Source of the DNA: an uncultured delta proteobacterium
GTDB lineage: Bacteria > Desulfobacterota > Syntrophia > Syntrophales > UBA2185
DNA length: 64,000 bases
Direction of reading: 5' to 3'
Assembly: GCA_963729715.1 (NCBI GenBank)
Contig: CAVSPA010000003.1
Coordinates: forward strand, 160,001-224,000
The position numbers and the translations under genes were made by a program. Numbering within the stretch: the stretch's first letter is position 1; the number at the start of each line of letters is the position of its first letter. The notes under the pieces are model-generated. The model made no database searches. It had not been told where the DNA came from and worked only from the letters and a program-made list of their open reading frames with translations. Of the stretch, positions 27,290-36,586 are shown in pieces.

Positions 27290-27790
27290 TCAATCGACCC
27301 GCCGGAACATTGATCCCTTGGTTCCGCAGACGGGACATATGGCCGGCGCTTCCTTCTCCGCCGTCATTCCGCAGACGGGACAGATATAATAGGGATAGGA
27401 CTCCTGAGGTTTCCCCAGGCTATCCAGGATAGCTTGATAAAGCTGAGCGTGAATTTTTTCCACGTCATTGGCATAGCTGAATGACCTTAGACCCACCTTG
27501 TGTCCTTCCGCCTTAGCCGCTTCGATCATTTCCGGATACATCTTCGTAAACTCATGGGTTTCCCCGGCGATGGCCTCCAGTAGATTTTCCTTCGTGCTCC
27601 TTATGCCATTGAGCGCCCTAAGATGACTGTGAGCATGGATCGTCTCCGCCTCCGCTGCAGCCCGGAAGAGACGCGCAACCTGGGGATAGCCTTCCTGGTC
27701 GGCTTTGGTTGCAAAGGCCAGATATCTGCGATTTGCCTGAGACTCGCCTGCAAATGCTTCTTTTAGATACTGTTCTGTCTTCGACATCAT
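27290..27790 (-). CDS. rbr: Rubrerythrin
   Basis: AFAGESQANRRY; ETIHA; EKIHA; rubredoxin-like CPVCG...CPVCG. Confidence 0.95.
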   Translation of the reverse strand: MMSKTEQYLKEAFAGESQANRRYLAFATKADQEGYPQVARLFRAAAEAETIHAHSHLRALNGIRSTKENLLEAIAGETHEFTKMYPEMIEAAKAEGHKVGLRSFSYANDVEKIHAQLYQAILDSLGKPQESYPYYICPVCGMTAEKEAPAICPVCGTKGSMFRRVD

Positions 27791-27805
27791 TCCACCTCCT
27801 GAAAA

Positions 27806-28216
27806 TTATATTTTGGACTTTCTCCCCCGGTTACACTTCGGACAAACTCCGTAAAAATCGACATGGTTTCCCGTTATTTCGTAGTCACACCTTTCGCCAT
27901 CCGTTAAATCGAGCGCAAAATTCCGGTGAACATCAATAATCGCCCTGCATCCCATGCATATTAAATGATGGTGTGGTTTTGTATTCGAATCGAAGCGCTT
28001 TTTTTGGGGATCAATGGATAATTCACGAACATGCATTTTCTCCCTCAAGGTCTCGAGGGTATTGTATACCGTGGCGAAGGACATCATCGGGTGTTTTTCC
28101 GATACAGCTTTAAATATATCGCTTGCGGACGGATGCGATTTATTGCCCTCAAGGTATTCGAGGATAGCGAGCCTCTGAGGGGTAAGTTTTATCGGATATT
28201 TCTTTTTGTGTGTCAT
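27806..28216 (-). CDS. perR: Fur-family repressor, PerR-like
   Basis: LTPQRLAILEYL; HPSA; ATVYNTL; HHHLICMGC; CPKC; directly upstream of rubrerythrin. Confidence 0.85.
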   Translation of the reverse strand: MTHKKKYPIKLTPQRLAILEYLEGNKSHPSASDIFKAVSEKHPMMSFATVYNTLETLREKMHVRELSIDPQKKRFDSNTKPHHHLICMGCRAIIDVHRNFALDLTDGERCDYEITGNHVDFYGVCPKCNRGRKSKI

Positions 28217-28232
28217 CAGCGTTACTTCTAAT

Positions 28233-28268
28233 TTAGAATGATTATAACATAAGAATTATTCTTGTAAA
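28233..28268 (-). promoter_or_regulatory. Per box overlapping the perR-rbr promoter
   Basis: TTATAATCATTCTAA (28233-47, minus strand) has one mismatch to TTATAATNATTATAA; extended -10 TGnTATAAT; -35 TTTACA. Confidence 0.72.
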
Positions 28269-28447
28269 CAATTTTTTTCAGCGGTCGCGGCAGATGCGAT
28301 GGTCGCAGATTCTGCACGTATTACTCGTGGTTATGTGTTTTCTGACATATTGACAAGCTTTGCTACATAGGTAGAATATAAATGTTCGTGCGTCTCGTTT
28401 ATCAGTTAATTTCTTCTTTTCATATATTCGTCGTTTGAATGTGGGTC

Positions 28448-28565
28448 GTGAATCCGGCAGCGAGCGCAAACGCCTTCGCTTGCTGCGGGGAATGCGAGCG
28501 AATGGGGTAGACTATTGTTCCTTAAGGATCGGAGATTTTCCGCAGTTTACTGCGGAGAGCTTCAA
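28448..28565 (+). repeat. REP/MITE-like element, long two-hairpin form (copy D)
   Basis: Left end GTGAATCCGGCAGCGAGCGCA, degenerate hairpin, spacer, then CCGCAGT-TT-ACTGCGGAGAGCTTCAA. Confidence 0.8.
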
Positions 28566-28657
28566 TTTACTCTTTTGTTTACCTACAACTCTTGCTAGGA
28601 TTCAGGACGGGCAGTCCTTGAGTCTATGCGAGACCTCACCGGGAAAGGAGGTACTGT

Positions 28658-30391
28658 ATGAACATTCTCAGAATCGATATGGGGGCCAGCGATGGTCCAA
28701 AAGTAAGTGTCGTTCCATCGGGGGAATATGCCGGATTAGGAGGACGGGCGCTCACCTCTTCCGTTATCTCCAAGGAAGTACCCCCGCTATGTCATCCATT
28801 GAGCGAGGACAATAAACTCGTTATCGCGCCGGGACTGTTGAGCGGAACCGCTGCCGCCCAATCGGGCCGCATTTCCGTGGGTTGCAAAAGCCCGCTGACG
28901 GGTGGCATCAAAGAGTCAAACTCAGGAGGGCAGGCCTCCCAGGTACTCGCGAGATTGGGCTATCAGGCGATCATCCTGGAAGGAAAACCCAAAGAGGGGA
29001 ATCTCTATAAGATCTTCATCAATAAGGACGGTGTGAAGATAACGCCCGACAGCAGTCTCTGCATGCTCGGCAATTATGACCTGGTAGAAAAGATGAAGAA
29101 GGAGTATGGCGACAAGGTGGCCTGCATCTCCGTCGGGCCTGCGGGCGAGATGAAGATGTCCGCCGCCTCAGTGGCCTTTACCGATATGGAACAGCGGCCT
29201 ACACGCCATGCCGGGAGAGGAGGTCCCGGGGCAGTCATGGGCTCCAAGGGTGTGAAGGTAATAGTCCTCGACGACACGGGTTTGTCGAATCGCACTGCCA
29301 AAGACCCGGAGAAACTCAGAACGGCCAATAAAACATTCGTCGATGGTCTCAGGAAACATCCGGTTACCGGCGAGGGGCTTCCTGCTTTTGGGACCAACGT
29401 ACTGGCCAACGTAATCAATGAAGCGGGCGCATATCCGACGCATAATTTCCAGTGGGGACGCTTTCTCGGTACTTCCAAGATCAGCGGCGAAACGCAGGCC
29501 GAAACGGAGAAGGCACGCGGCGGCATTCCCACGCATGGCTGTCACCGGGGATGCGTGATCCAATGTTCGGGTATATACACGGATAAAGATGGTCATTACC
29601 TGACCAAACAACCGGAATATGAGACGGTCTGGGCCCATGGCGCAAACTGCGGGATCGACGACCTCGATGCGATTGCTAATCTTGACCGCATGGATGACGA
29701 TTTTGGTGTCGATACCATAGAGATGGGCGCGACCATAGGCGTGGCCATGGAGGCGGGTCTGGCGAAATTCGGTGATGCCGAGGCGGCTATCAGGCTTGTT
29801 AAGGAAGTGGGGAAAGGCACTGACCTGGGACGCATCCTTGGGAACGGGGCCGCTGTGACCGGCAAGGTGTTCGGCATCGAGAGAGTCCCTGTGGTCAAGG
29901 GACAGTCCATGCCGGCGTACGATCCGCGCGCTATTCAGGGCATCGGGGTCACTTATGCCACGAGCACCATGGGCGCCGACCACACGGCCGGATATGCTGT
30001 CGCCACGAATATCCTCAAGGTGGGGGGATACGTGGATCCATTGAAGCCGGAAGGACAAATCGACCTCTCGAGGAATCTTCAGATCGCCACTGCGGCCATT
30101 GACTCCACAGGCATGTGTCTCTTCATTGCCTTTGCGGTACTGGATCAGCCGGATACATTCCAGGCGCTTATCGATATGCTCAATGCCTTTTATGGCCTCA
30201 GCCTGACTGCCGACGACGTGGTCGCGCTCGGCAAGAAAGTGCTGAAGATGGAGCGGGATTTCAATGCCCGTGCGGGTTTCACGGCAAAACATGACCGGCT
30301 GCCGGAATACTTCAAGAAGGAACCCCTTCCACCCCATAATGTGACGTTCCAGGTGACAGATGAAGATCTGGACAAGGTGTACAACTGGTAG
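28658..30391 (+). CDS. aor: Aldehyde:ferredoxin oxidoreductase (tungsten/pterin AOR family)
   Basis: KSPLTGGIKESNSGG; AGRGGPGAVMGSK; CHRGCVIQC; PEYET; DTIEMG; GMCLF; AGGAGG RBS. Confidence 0.95.
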   Translation: MNILRIDMGASDGPKVSVVPSGEYAGLGGRALTSSVISKEVPPLCHPLSEDNKLVIAPGLLSGTAAAQSGRISVGCKSPLTGGIKESNSGGQASQVLARLGYQAIILEGKPKEGNLYKIFINKDGVKITPDSSLCMLGNYDLVEKMKKEYGDKVACISVGPAGEMKMSAASVAFTDMEQRPTRHAGRGGPGAVMGSKGVKVIVLDDTGLSNRTAKDPEKLRTANKTFVDGLRKHPVTGEGLPAFGTNVLANVINEAGAYPTHNFQWGRFLGTSKISGETQAETEKARGGIPTHGCHRGCVIQCSGIYTDKDGHYLTKQPEYETVWAHGANCGIDDLDAIANLDRMDDDFGVDTIEMGATIGVAMEAGLAKFGDAEAAIRLVKEVGKGTDLGRILGNGAAVTGKVFGIERVPVVKGQSMPAYDPRAIQGIGVTYATSTMGADHTAGYAVATNILKVGGYVDPLKPEGQIDLSRNLQIATAAIDSTGMCLFIAFAVLDQPDTFQALIDMLNAFYGLSLTADDVVALGKKVLKMERDFNARAGFTAKHDRLPEYFKKEPLPPHNVTFQVTDEDLDKVYNW

Positions 30392-30420
30392 GTGAAAGCC
30401 TCTCATAGCATGCATTTGAT

Positions 30421-30445
30421 GGGGTGGCCCGAAATGGGCCGCCCC
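30421..30445 (+). terminator. GC-rich hairpin after aor (terminator or stabiliser)
   Basis: GGGGTGGCCC-GAAAT-GGGCCGCCCC; no clear U-tract. Confidence 0.45.
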
Positions 30446-30467
30446 GGCAGTTTATCAGGACGAGGAA

Positions 30468-31115
30468 TTGTCAAAGATGATCCGTCGTGAGAAATCCCTT
30501 GGCAGGACGATTCCCGAGAGTACCTCCCCAAGGCACATTTCACTGACAGTCGAAGCCGGTCTGATTCCGGCCTTTTCACAGCTTTTACAGAACGGATTTT
30601 GGATCAAGGGAAATGTTGGATGCAGCGTTAAATCGTTTCTCTGTGAACAATTCGGCATGTCACCTGAATATCTTGAAAAGAGAATCCAAACGATATTCTT
30701 GAACGGCGACGCGGTCGATGATGTGGAGAAAGCCACAGTACAGGACGGGGCCACGCTTTCCCTTTCCGCCGCCATGCCGGGTTTGGCCGGGGCGGTATTG
30801 CGCAAGGGCGGCTACTACGCGGCCATGCGCGACCAGATCTCCTGCAAGGAAGAGCAATCGTCCGCTTCCGGTAAGGCTGGTAAGGTTTTAATAAAACTTT
30901 TCAACATGCCGCTTCAGGAACTGGGGCCGATCTTTTTGGAACATGGCATCTGGGTCGAAAGCAACAAGTTTAAGGATGTCCTCAAAGCCCGGGCGGATGA
31001 TTTCCAGAGAGACTGCAGGGGGGTACTTGCAGACGGCCGGAAATTTGAGTTCAAAAAATTTTTGGAAATGGATTGGGGAATAAGAGATATTTTCTTAGAG
31101 GTCAAAACAATCTAA
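30468..31115 (+). CDS. Hypothetical protein with an internal MoaD/ThiS-like segment
   Basis: GAGGA RBS and TTG start; TIFLNGDAVDDVEKATVQDGATLSLSAAMPG. Confidence 0.7.
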   Translation: MSKMIRREKSLGRTIPESTSPRHISLTVEAGLIPAFSQLLQNGFWIKGNVGCSVKSFLCEQFGMSPEYLEKRIQTIFLNGDAVDDVEKATVQDGATLSLSAAMPGLAGAVLRKGGYYAAMRDQISCKEEQSSASGKAGKVLIKLFNMPLQELGPIFLEHGIWVESNKFKDVLKARADDFQRDCRGVLADGRKFEFKKFLEMDWGIRDIFLEVKTI

Positions 31116-31354
31116 CCCCCGGCTACGGGCGGAAATACACCCACCCTGTCTCCGTCTCTTAAGATTTCATCGCCCGTGGCGTGCAGACCGTTCAAAAAAA
31201 CCATTTTGATTTTATCAATGGGGAGTTCCAGGCGCTTTAGGAGTTCCATGATCGTTGTGCCTTCGGCTGCGTCCAGAATAAGATGCCCGTGGCTTCCGGT
31301 CTTAGCCGGTGCATAACGTGCGAGAGAAGCAAATAGATTTAGTTCAATCTTCAT
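31112..31354 (-). CDS. MoaD/ThiS family sulfur carrier protein
   Basis: LFASL; VFLNG; LRDGDRVGVFPPVAGG with C-terminal Gly-Gly. Confidence 0.93.
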   Translation of the reverse strand: MKIELNLFASLARYAPAKTGSHGHLILDAAEGTTIMELLKRLELPIDKIKMVFLNGLHATGDEILRDGDRVGVFPPVAGG

Positions 31355-31523
31355 ACCGTGCGGTGATAACAGTTTCTTTTGAGTATGCATCTATTATAAG
31401 TCGTATCTTTCCATACCTCAATCATTTTGTGAAGTGGAGTGGTTAACCGAATTATCTTGTTGCCCATCGGACAGGAATGGTCTATGAAATATCCGGATGG
31501 TGGCGTCCCCTGCACGAAGAGGA

Positions 31524-32423
31524 ATGAAAGTGGATCAGAATAAGAAAGAAGAATTGCAAGGATCGATTCAGGATAAAGCCGCAGGCATCACGGACCCTGC
31601 GGGACGCCGTCTGCAAACGCTGAAAGATCATGACGTCTTTGTGATTGCAGATGAATACGACATCAGCGTTCATGATATCTATGTGGAGATGCTGAAAATT
31701 GGCGTCTATCCGTACCGCTACATCCGGAACCTGGATGCAATATCTCCGGAAGGGCAGCTTAAGCTGGCCGAATCAAAAATCGCTGTAGTCGGCGCCGGTG
31801 GCCTGGGCGGCAATATTATCTTGTTGCTTGCGATGGTTGGCGTCGGTTCTCTGGTAGTTGTCGATCAGGATGTTTTTGATGAAACGAACCTGAATCGCCA
31901 GGTCCTCTGCAATATGAATACTCTGGGAATGCCGAAAACGCACGTAGCAGTCTCTGCTGTGGGAGCCGTCAATCCGGGTGTAAATGTTTCTCCCCACCAG
32001 ATCAAGCTCGATGCTTCCAATCGCGAAAGGATTCTTGCCGGATCGAATGTAATTGTCGATGCACTGGACAATGTGCCGGATCGATTTCTTCTGGAAGGGG
32101 CGGCAAAAAAGCTGGAGATCCCGCTCGTGCACGGCACGCTGGCAGGTTTTGAGGGCTGGGTCATGACGATTTTCCCCGGCGATCCTGGACTTAAGAATAT
32201 CTACGGGTCCGAGGAGGTAAACCGCGTCGACCGAGAAGGTCCGCAGACTGTTCTCGGCGTCCCCGGTGTTACGCCTTTTCTCATAGCCGCCTTTCAAGTA
32301 ATGGAAGTCCTGAAGATCCTGTTGGGTCGCGGGAATATTTTCCAGGACAGAATGATCCATGTTGATCTGGAGCGCGGCTGTTTAAACGAGTTTTTCTTTC
32401 GCGTCCCTGATTCCTCAAAATAA
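31524..32423 (+). CDS. HesA/MoeB/ThiF family adenylyltransferase
   Basis: VVGAGGLGG; DQDVFDETNLNRQ; DALDN. Confidence 0.92.
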   Translation: MKVDQNKKEELQGSIQDKAAGITDPAGRRLQTLKDHDVFVIADEYDISVHDIYVEMLKIGVYPYRYIRNLDAISPEGQLKLAESKIAVVGAGGLGGNIILLLAMVGVGSLVVVDQDVFDETNLNRQVLCNMNTLGMPKTHVAVSAVGAVNPGVNVSPHQIKLDASNRERILAGSNVIVDALDNVPDRFLLEGAAKKLEIPLVHGTLAGFEGWVMTIFPGDPGLKNIYGSEEVNRVDREGPQTVLGVPGVTPFLIAAFQVMEVLKILLGRGNIFQDRMIHVDLERGCLNEFFFRVPDSSK

Positions 32424-32460
32424 GAATGCGGATGCGGAATCCGTGATAAGGATTGATTTC

Positions 32461-33762
32461 ATGGAATTTAAGTATGGCCTTGAAGATCGGCCGCCGCTGG
32501 GAGAGTCTCTGCTGATGGGACTTCAGTGGTGCGCCCTCATGCTGCCTTTCCTGATAATTTTGGGTAAGATCGCTGCCGCCTATCACTTGGCCGATCCCGC
32601 CTTCCAGACGGTGTACCTGCAAAAGATGGCCTTCATCACTGCCGTCTTCCTCTGTCTCGAAATCCTCTGGGGCCACCGCCTGCCTCTCATCATGGGACCT
32701 TCTTCGGTTATCCTCATCGGCATTATTTCCAGTCATGGGATCGACGTCGATGCCGTATCTACGGCTATAGTCAGCGGAGGAGTCGTTCTGGCCTTCGCGG
32801 GCATGGCGGGTTTTTTCGGGCATCTCCAGCGGCTCTTTACGCCCCGTGTCGTGGCGGTAGTTCTCTTGCTGATTGCCTTTACGCTGACACCGACCATCCT
32901 CACGCTTGTGTCGGACCCACAGGGGACGACGCCGCAGGTGAATATGGTTTATGCCCTGGCTCTTACCTTTCTCACTCTGATTTTCCACCGGCTCCTTGCG
33001 GGAATATGGAAATCCGTTCTGATTATGATCTCAATGGTCGTCGGGAGTGTAGTCTATTTTCTTATCTTCCCGGAGAACCTCAACATGACAACCGTAGCGT
33101 CCTCAAAATTTGTCGCACCATTTTTTACGGGTATGATCGGCCATCTGTCTTTCGATGCGGGACTCATGATTTCCTTTTTTGTCTGCTTCGTGGCCCTGTC
33201 GATTAACGACCTCGGCTCGATGCAGTCCATGAATGCCTTGGTGAACACCGGAGACATGGCAAAAAGGCTCAACCGGGGCGTCTTCTTTACAGGCCTCGCT
33301 AACATCGCGGCAGGAGTTCTCGGCGTCATAGGACAGGTTAATTATTCCATGAGCGCAGGCGTTGTCGCTGCTACGGGCTGCATGTCACGATTCACCCTGC
33401 TCCCGGCGGCAGCGATTCTGCTCTTGATATCCTTTTCCCCCATGACGATAGGCTTTATGGGGATCGTTCCTCCGGTTGTGATCGGGAGCATCATGTTTTA
33501 CGTGCTGTGTTCGCAGGTCTCGGCAGGCCTCCTCGTTGCCTTTGAATCTCTGCGCGAATTGACATTTGACGACGGCATGATTATCGGCATGCCCATACTG
33601 ATTGCGACAGTGATAGCTTTTCTGCCGGCCGCCTTTTTCCAGGAATTTCCCCAGATGTTGCGGCCCATTATCGGAAACGGGTTTGTCGTGGGGGTCATCA
33701 TCGTCCTTCTCATGGAGCATGGCATATTCAGAAAATTCCGGAGTCAAGCGAACTTCAGATGA
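32461..33762 (+). CDS. Nucleobase:cation symporter-2 (xanthine/uracil permease) family transporter
   Basis: KYGLEDRPP; GHRLPLIMGPS; about 12 TM helices; GVVAATG-x-SRF. Confidence 0.88.
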   Translation: MEFKYGLEDRPPLGESLLMGLQWCALMLPFLIILGKIAAAYHLADPAFQTVYLQKMAFITAVFLCLEILWGHRLPLIMGPSSVILIGIISSHGIDVDAVSTAIVSGGVVLAFAGMAGFFGHLQRLFTPRVVAVVLLLIAFTLTPTILTLVSDPQGTTPQVNMVYALALTFLTLIFHRLLAGIWKSVLIMISMVVGSVVYFLIFPENLNMTTVASSKFVAPFFTGMIGHLSFDAGLMISFFVCFVALSINDLGSMQSMNALVNTGDMAKRLNRGVFFTGLANIAAGVLGVIGQVNYSMSAGVVAATGCMSRFTLLPAAAILLLISFSPMTIGFMGIVPPVVIGSIMFYVLCSQVSAGLLVAFESLRELTFDDGMIIGMPILIATVIAFLPAAFFQEFPQMLRPIIGNGFVVGVIIVLLMEHGIFRKFRSQANFR

Positions 33763-34421
33763 AAGTGGTTCAATGCTGGGATGACGGAATAGTCGATGAC
33801 ATCCGTCTGACTGAAATACTGCGCCGCTACAGTGCGAAAGCCGCATTCAGCCTCAATCCGGCGCTGAACCTTGAAGAGAGATCGTTTGGTTGGGTTCATG
33901 AAGGGCGCGAGGTATGGCGGCTCTCCGCAGGCGAGTTGCCCGGCGTGTACGATGGATTTGAGATATGCAGCCATTCGATGGCCCACCCGTACCTGACGGA
34001 GGTTTCCGCGGAGCGATTGGCCTGGGAAGTGGGAGCGAGCCGCAATATCCTACGGGGCATTTTCAAAAAACCTGTCTTCGGATTCTGCTATCCTTTCAAT
34101 GCACACGATGAAACGGTAAAGGCCGCCCTCCGGTCTGCCGGTTATGTCTGGGCCAGAGGCGGTCAAAATGACGAGGGCATCTTCCCGCCCCGCGATCCTC
34201 TCGAATATAATTTTAGTTGTCATTTTCTATCTTCAGATTTCTGGCCCAGGTTTAATGATGCGAAGAGGAGGAATGCAGTTTTTTCTTTCTGGGGGCACAG
34301 CTGTGAAATTAAGAACGAAACCATGTGGCAGGAATTCGAGGCGATAATAGAAGAAATTTCGTCGGATACGAACACGGCGTGGTCATTCATCAATGATCTT
34401 TTTGTAAAGGATCTTTCCTGA
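33759..34421 (+). CDS. Polysaccharide deacetylase (CE4/NodB-like)
   Basis: WDDG; EICSHSMAHP; GFCYPF; FWGHS; 4-nt overlap with the permease gene. Confidence 0.88.
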   Translation: MKVVQCWDDGIVDDIRLTEILRRYSAKAAFSLNPALNLEERSFGWVHEGREVWRLSAGELPGVYDGFEICSHSMAHPYLTEVSAERLAWEVGASRNILRGIFKKPVFGFCYPFNAHDETVKAALRSAGYVWARGGQNDEGIFPPRDPLEYNFSCHFLSSDFWPRFNDAKRRNAVFSFWGHSCEIKNETMWQEFEAIIEEISSDTNTAWSFINDLFVKDLS

Positions 34422-34440
34422 CGAAATTCTTTGCACAATA

Positions 34441-34860
34441 CTACTGGCCGAGGGTGATTTCGAAAGACCTTCCGTTATGTGAGAAGCGTACACGGGTGGG
34501 ATGGATCTCGACTACCTTCACCCCCTCGACCATAGACCCTTCCGTGGCGATATGGCCGTTGATCATGGCGCGGCGCTCTCCCGGCTCTTCCTGCCAGACG
34601 ATCCCCGATAGTTTCATTGCCGGCGGAGGGGCTGCAGATGCCTTCGGGGCTTGTTCGGCAGGTTTTATGATAGGTTCCGGAATGGTGTTGGGATCTTTGG
34701 TGAATATATCCCGGCCTGCTTTTTTCGTGGCCGAGGGCGTCGCTGATTCCTTGCCCTCCGCATTGCCCCCGACTTTCGCTGTCGTTTTGCTTATCTCTTC
34801 TCTGGGGTTAACGGCGGGTTACTGGGAAGGCAGAGCCGATGCAGTCTGCTGAGCCGGCCC
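34441..34860 (-). pseudogene. 3' remnant of a GspB-like (T2SS protein B domain) gene
   Basis: Pro/Ala-rich linker then LSGIVWQEEPGERRAMING...EGVKVVEIHPTRVRFSHNGRSFEITL; in-frame TAA at 34819-21; no N-terminal TM anchor. Confidence 0.65.
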
Positions 34861-34977
34861 TGCAAGGAGATTGATGTCGAAGAATTAACGGGCGTCAAAA
34901 AGAAGATGCAGGAAGAGACGAGAGTCTGCAATGTCTGCGGAAACGAAGCCAACATGATAATTGATTTTGGCTCCTAA
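34861..34977 (+). pseudogene. 3' remnant of a small zinc-binding protein gene
   Basis: KEIDVEELTGVKKKMQEETRVCNVCGNEANMIIDFGS*; a single CxxC; no upstream start or RBS. Confidence 0.45.
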
Positions 34978-35125
34978 CGGCGACGTTTGCCCTCACAATA
35001 ATCGAGGTGTCCCATCCAGGGGCGAGATGCCGAGTTACGCCCGAACCGAGCCCGCTTCTTTTTCCTTGCCATATAAACCATCCATAGATATCCTGCTGTC
35101 ATCTCCGATACGGTAAGACGTACAA

Positions 35126-35329
35126 ATGAAAGAATGCCCTTTCTGCAGAGGAACAATCGAAAAAGATTTGCGGGTCTGTAGGTTGTGCGGCAGTGGCTTG
35201 CTGGGAACTAACGTCTATAGCAAGAGCATTTTCTATTGCCCGATATGCGAGACGGAAGATACCTATTGCGACTCCACCAATAGGATATTCTGTCCTCGCT
35301 GCAGGAATTACGTGAAAGACCAGGAATGA
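35126..35329 (+). CDS. Double zinc-ribbon small protein
   Basis: 67 aa with CPFC, CRLC, CPIC, CPRC. Confidence 0.7.
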   Translation: MKECPFCRGTIEKDLRVCRLCGSGLLGTNVYSKSIFYCPICETEDTYCDSTNRIFCPRCRNYVKDQE

Positions 35330-35356
35330 CGAAGCAGAAGAGTCACATCATGGAAA

Positions 35357-36556
35357 TCAGTGCTTGAAGGTGCCGTCTGCGTAGATGGGAAGCTTTTCCC
35401 CTGTGGCGAGGGCCGCTGTTACTGTCTTGTCTTCCGTATTGACGAGGTCCCAGTGAAGAGCTGAGTCATTGAACCCCATCTTCCTTTTTGCATCTCCTGT
35501 GAGCTCTGCCGGATCTCCTTTGTACGTGACACTGTAGGAAGAACCAAGAGCAAGATGGCAGTTTCCATACCTGCCGCCATGATTTTCATCGTAAAGCGTG
35601 TCGGCCATGAAACGGTCGATCCGGGAGAAACGCTTATCCGTAAGGGAAAACTCCCCGACCCGTCGCGCTCCCCTGTCCATGGAAAGCTGCTTGACGGTGA
35701 AATCCCCGCCCGTATCCGCCTCGATCTTCGTCACCGCGCCTTTGTCAAAGGTAAGGCGCACACCTTCTACATAATTGCCGCTGCGGAAGGAAGGCAGATT
35801 CGCAAAATAACGACCTTCCGTTCCACGCCAATCAGGTGAAGTGAATATTTCAAAGCTCGGTATATTATGCCCGGATACGCCTATCCAGAGTCTTCTGTCC
35901 CCCGGCTTTATCGTGAGATCGATATTCTCGGATTCTATATAAAGGGATTTCACGTTGAGGCTGTTCAGCCATCTCTTGATGCCGGTGACCTCTTTGAGAA
36001 TTGCCTGCCAGCGGGAAACGGGATCGTCAAAATCAAGGTAGCAGGCCTTGACAATCTGCTCCGTGTACTTGTCAATCGACATCCGTGCCTGCTTCGCGAG
36101 TTCGTCTGTAGGAAGGGTGCTGAGTGTCCAGCTGTAGAGGCCCTCCTCCTCCCGCTTGTTAAGGATATCCCGGAAAGGCTTTCTTGCCACGAGGACCTTC
36201 CCGATTCTCAGCGGATCAACGTCTTTCAGGTGGGTGAGTGCGTCCGGTGCATGGAGAAATATCCTGCCATTTATGCCATTGTATAGTTCCTTATCTCCCG
36301 GAGGCAGATAGACGAGCTGTCTCCCATTTGCAACCCCGTAGAAGCCGCTTTCCATGGGAACCGTCATGCCCATCCTTTGAATCGGATTCATGCCCATGTG
36401 CAGTATCCTGTTATAGAGGATTTCGGCGAGTCTGAGGGCCTGGCTGTCATACTGGAGGAGAATGGTATCCTGTTTCTTGAACTGTTTTTTTCTCGCCACC
36501 CTCAATGCCCAAACGAGCACATCCGCATATCTGTTAAGTTGAATTTCCGACAGCAT
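35357..36556 (-). CDS. Aminopeptidase (M29, AmpS/PepS type)
   Basis: NIPSFEIFTSP; GEFSL; LYDEN; HLALG; SALHWDLV. Confidence 0.93.
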   Translation of the reverse strand: MLSEIQLNRYADVLVWALRVARKKQFKKQDTILLQYDSQALRLAEILYNRILHMGMNPIQRMGMTVPMESGFYGVANGRQLVYLPPGDKELYNGINGRIFLHAPDALTHLKDVDPLRIGKVLVARKPFRDILNKREEEGLYSWTLSTLPTDELAKQARMSIDKYTEQIVKACYLDFDDPVSRWQAILKEVTGIKRWLNSLNVKSLYIESENIDLTIKPGDRRLWIGVSGHNIPSFEIFTSPDWRGTEGRYFANLPSFRSGNYVEGVRLTFDKGAVTKIEADTGGDFTVKQLSMDRGARRVGEFSLTDKRFSRIDRFMADTLYDENHGGRYGNCHLALGSSYSVTYKGDPAELTGDAKRKMGFNDSALHWDLVNTEDKTVTAALATGEKLPIYADGTFKH

Positions 36557-36586
36557 GATATCTCCTCTTTCCGGGATCAGTAAATT

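Noticed and set aside
28570..28657. Moco/Wco riboswitch in the aor leader
   Set aside because: Only one hairpin (GATTCAGGAC/GTCCTTGAGTC); I could not find the multi-stem Moco motif.
29168..30415. 415-aa antisense ORF over aor (likewise 43124-44323, 39914-40819, 8370-9086, 62673-63431)
   Set aside because: Shadow ORFs opposite well-conserved genes, with no motifs or RBS; expected from codon bias.
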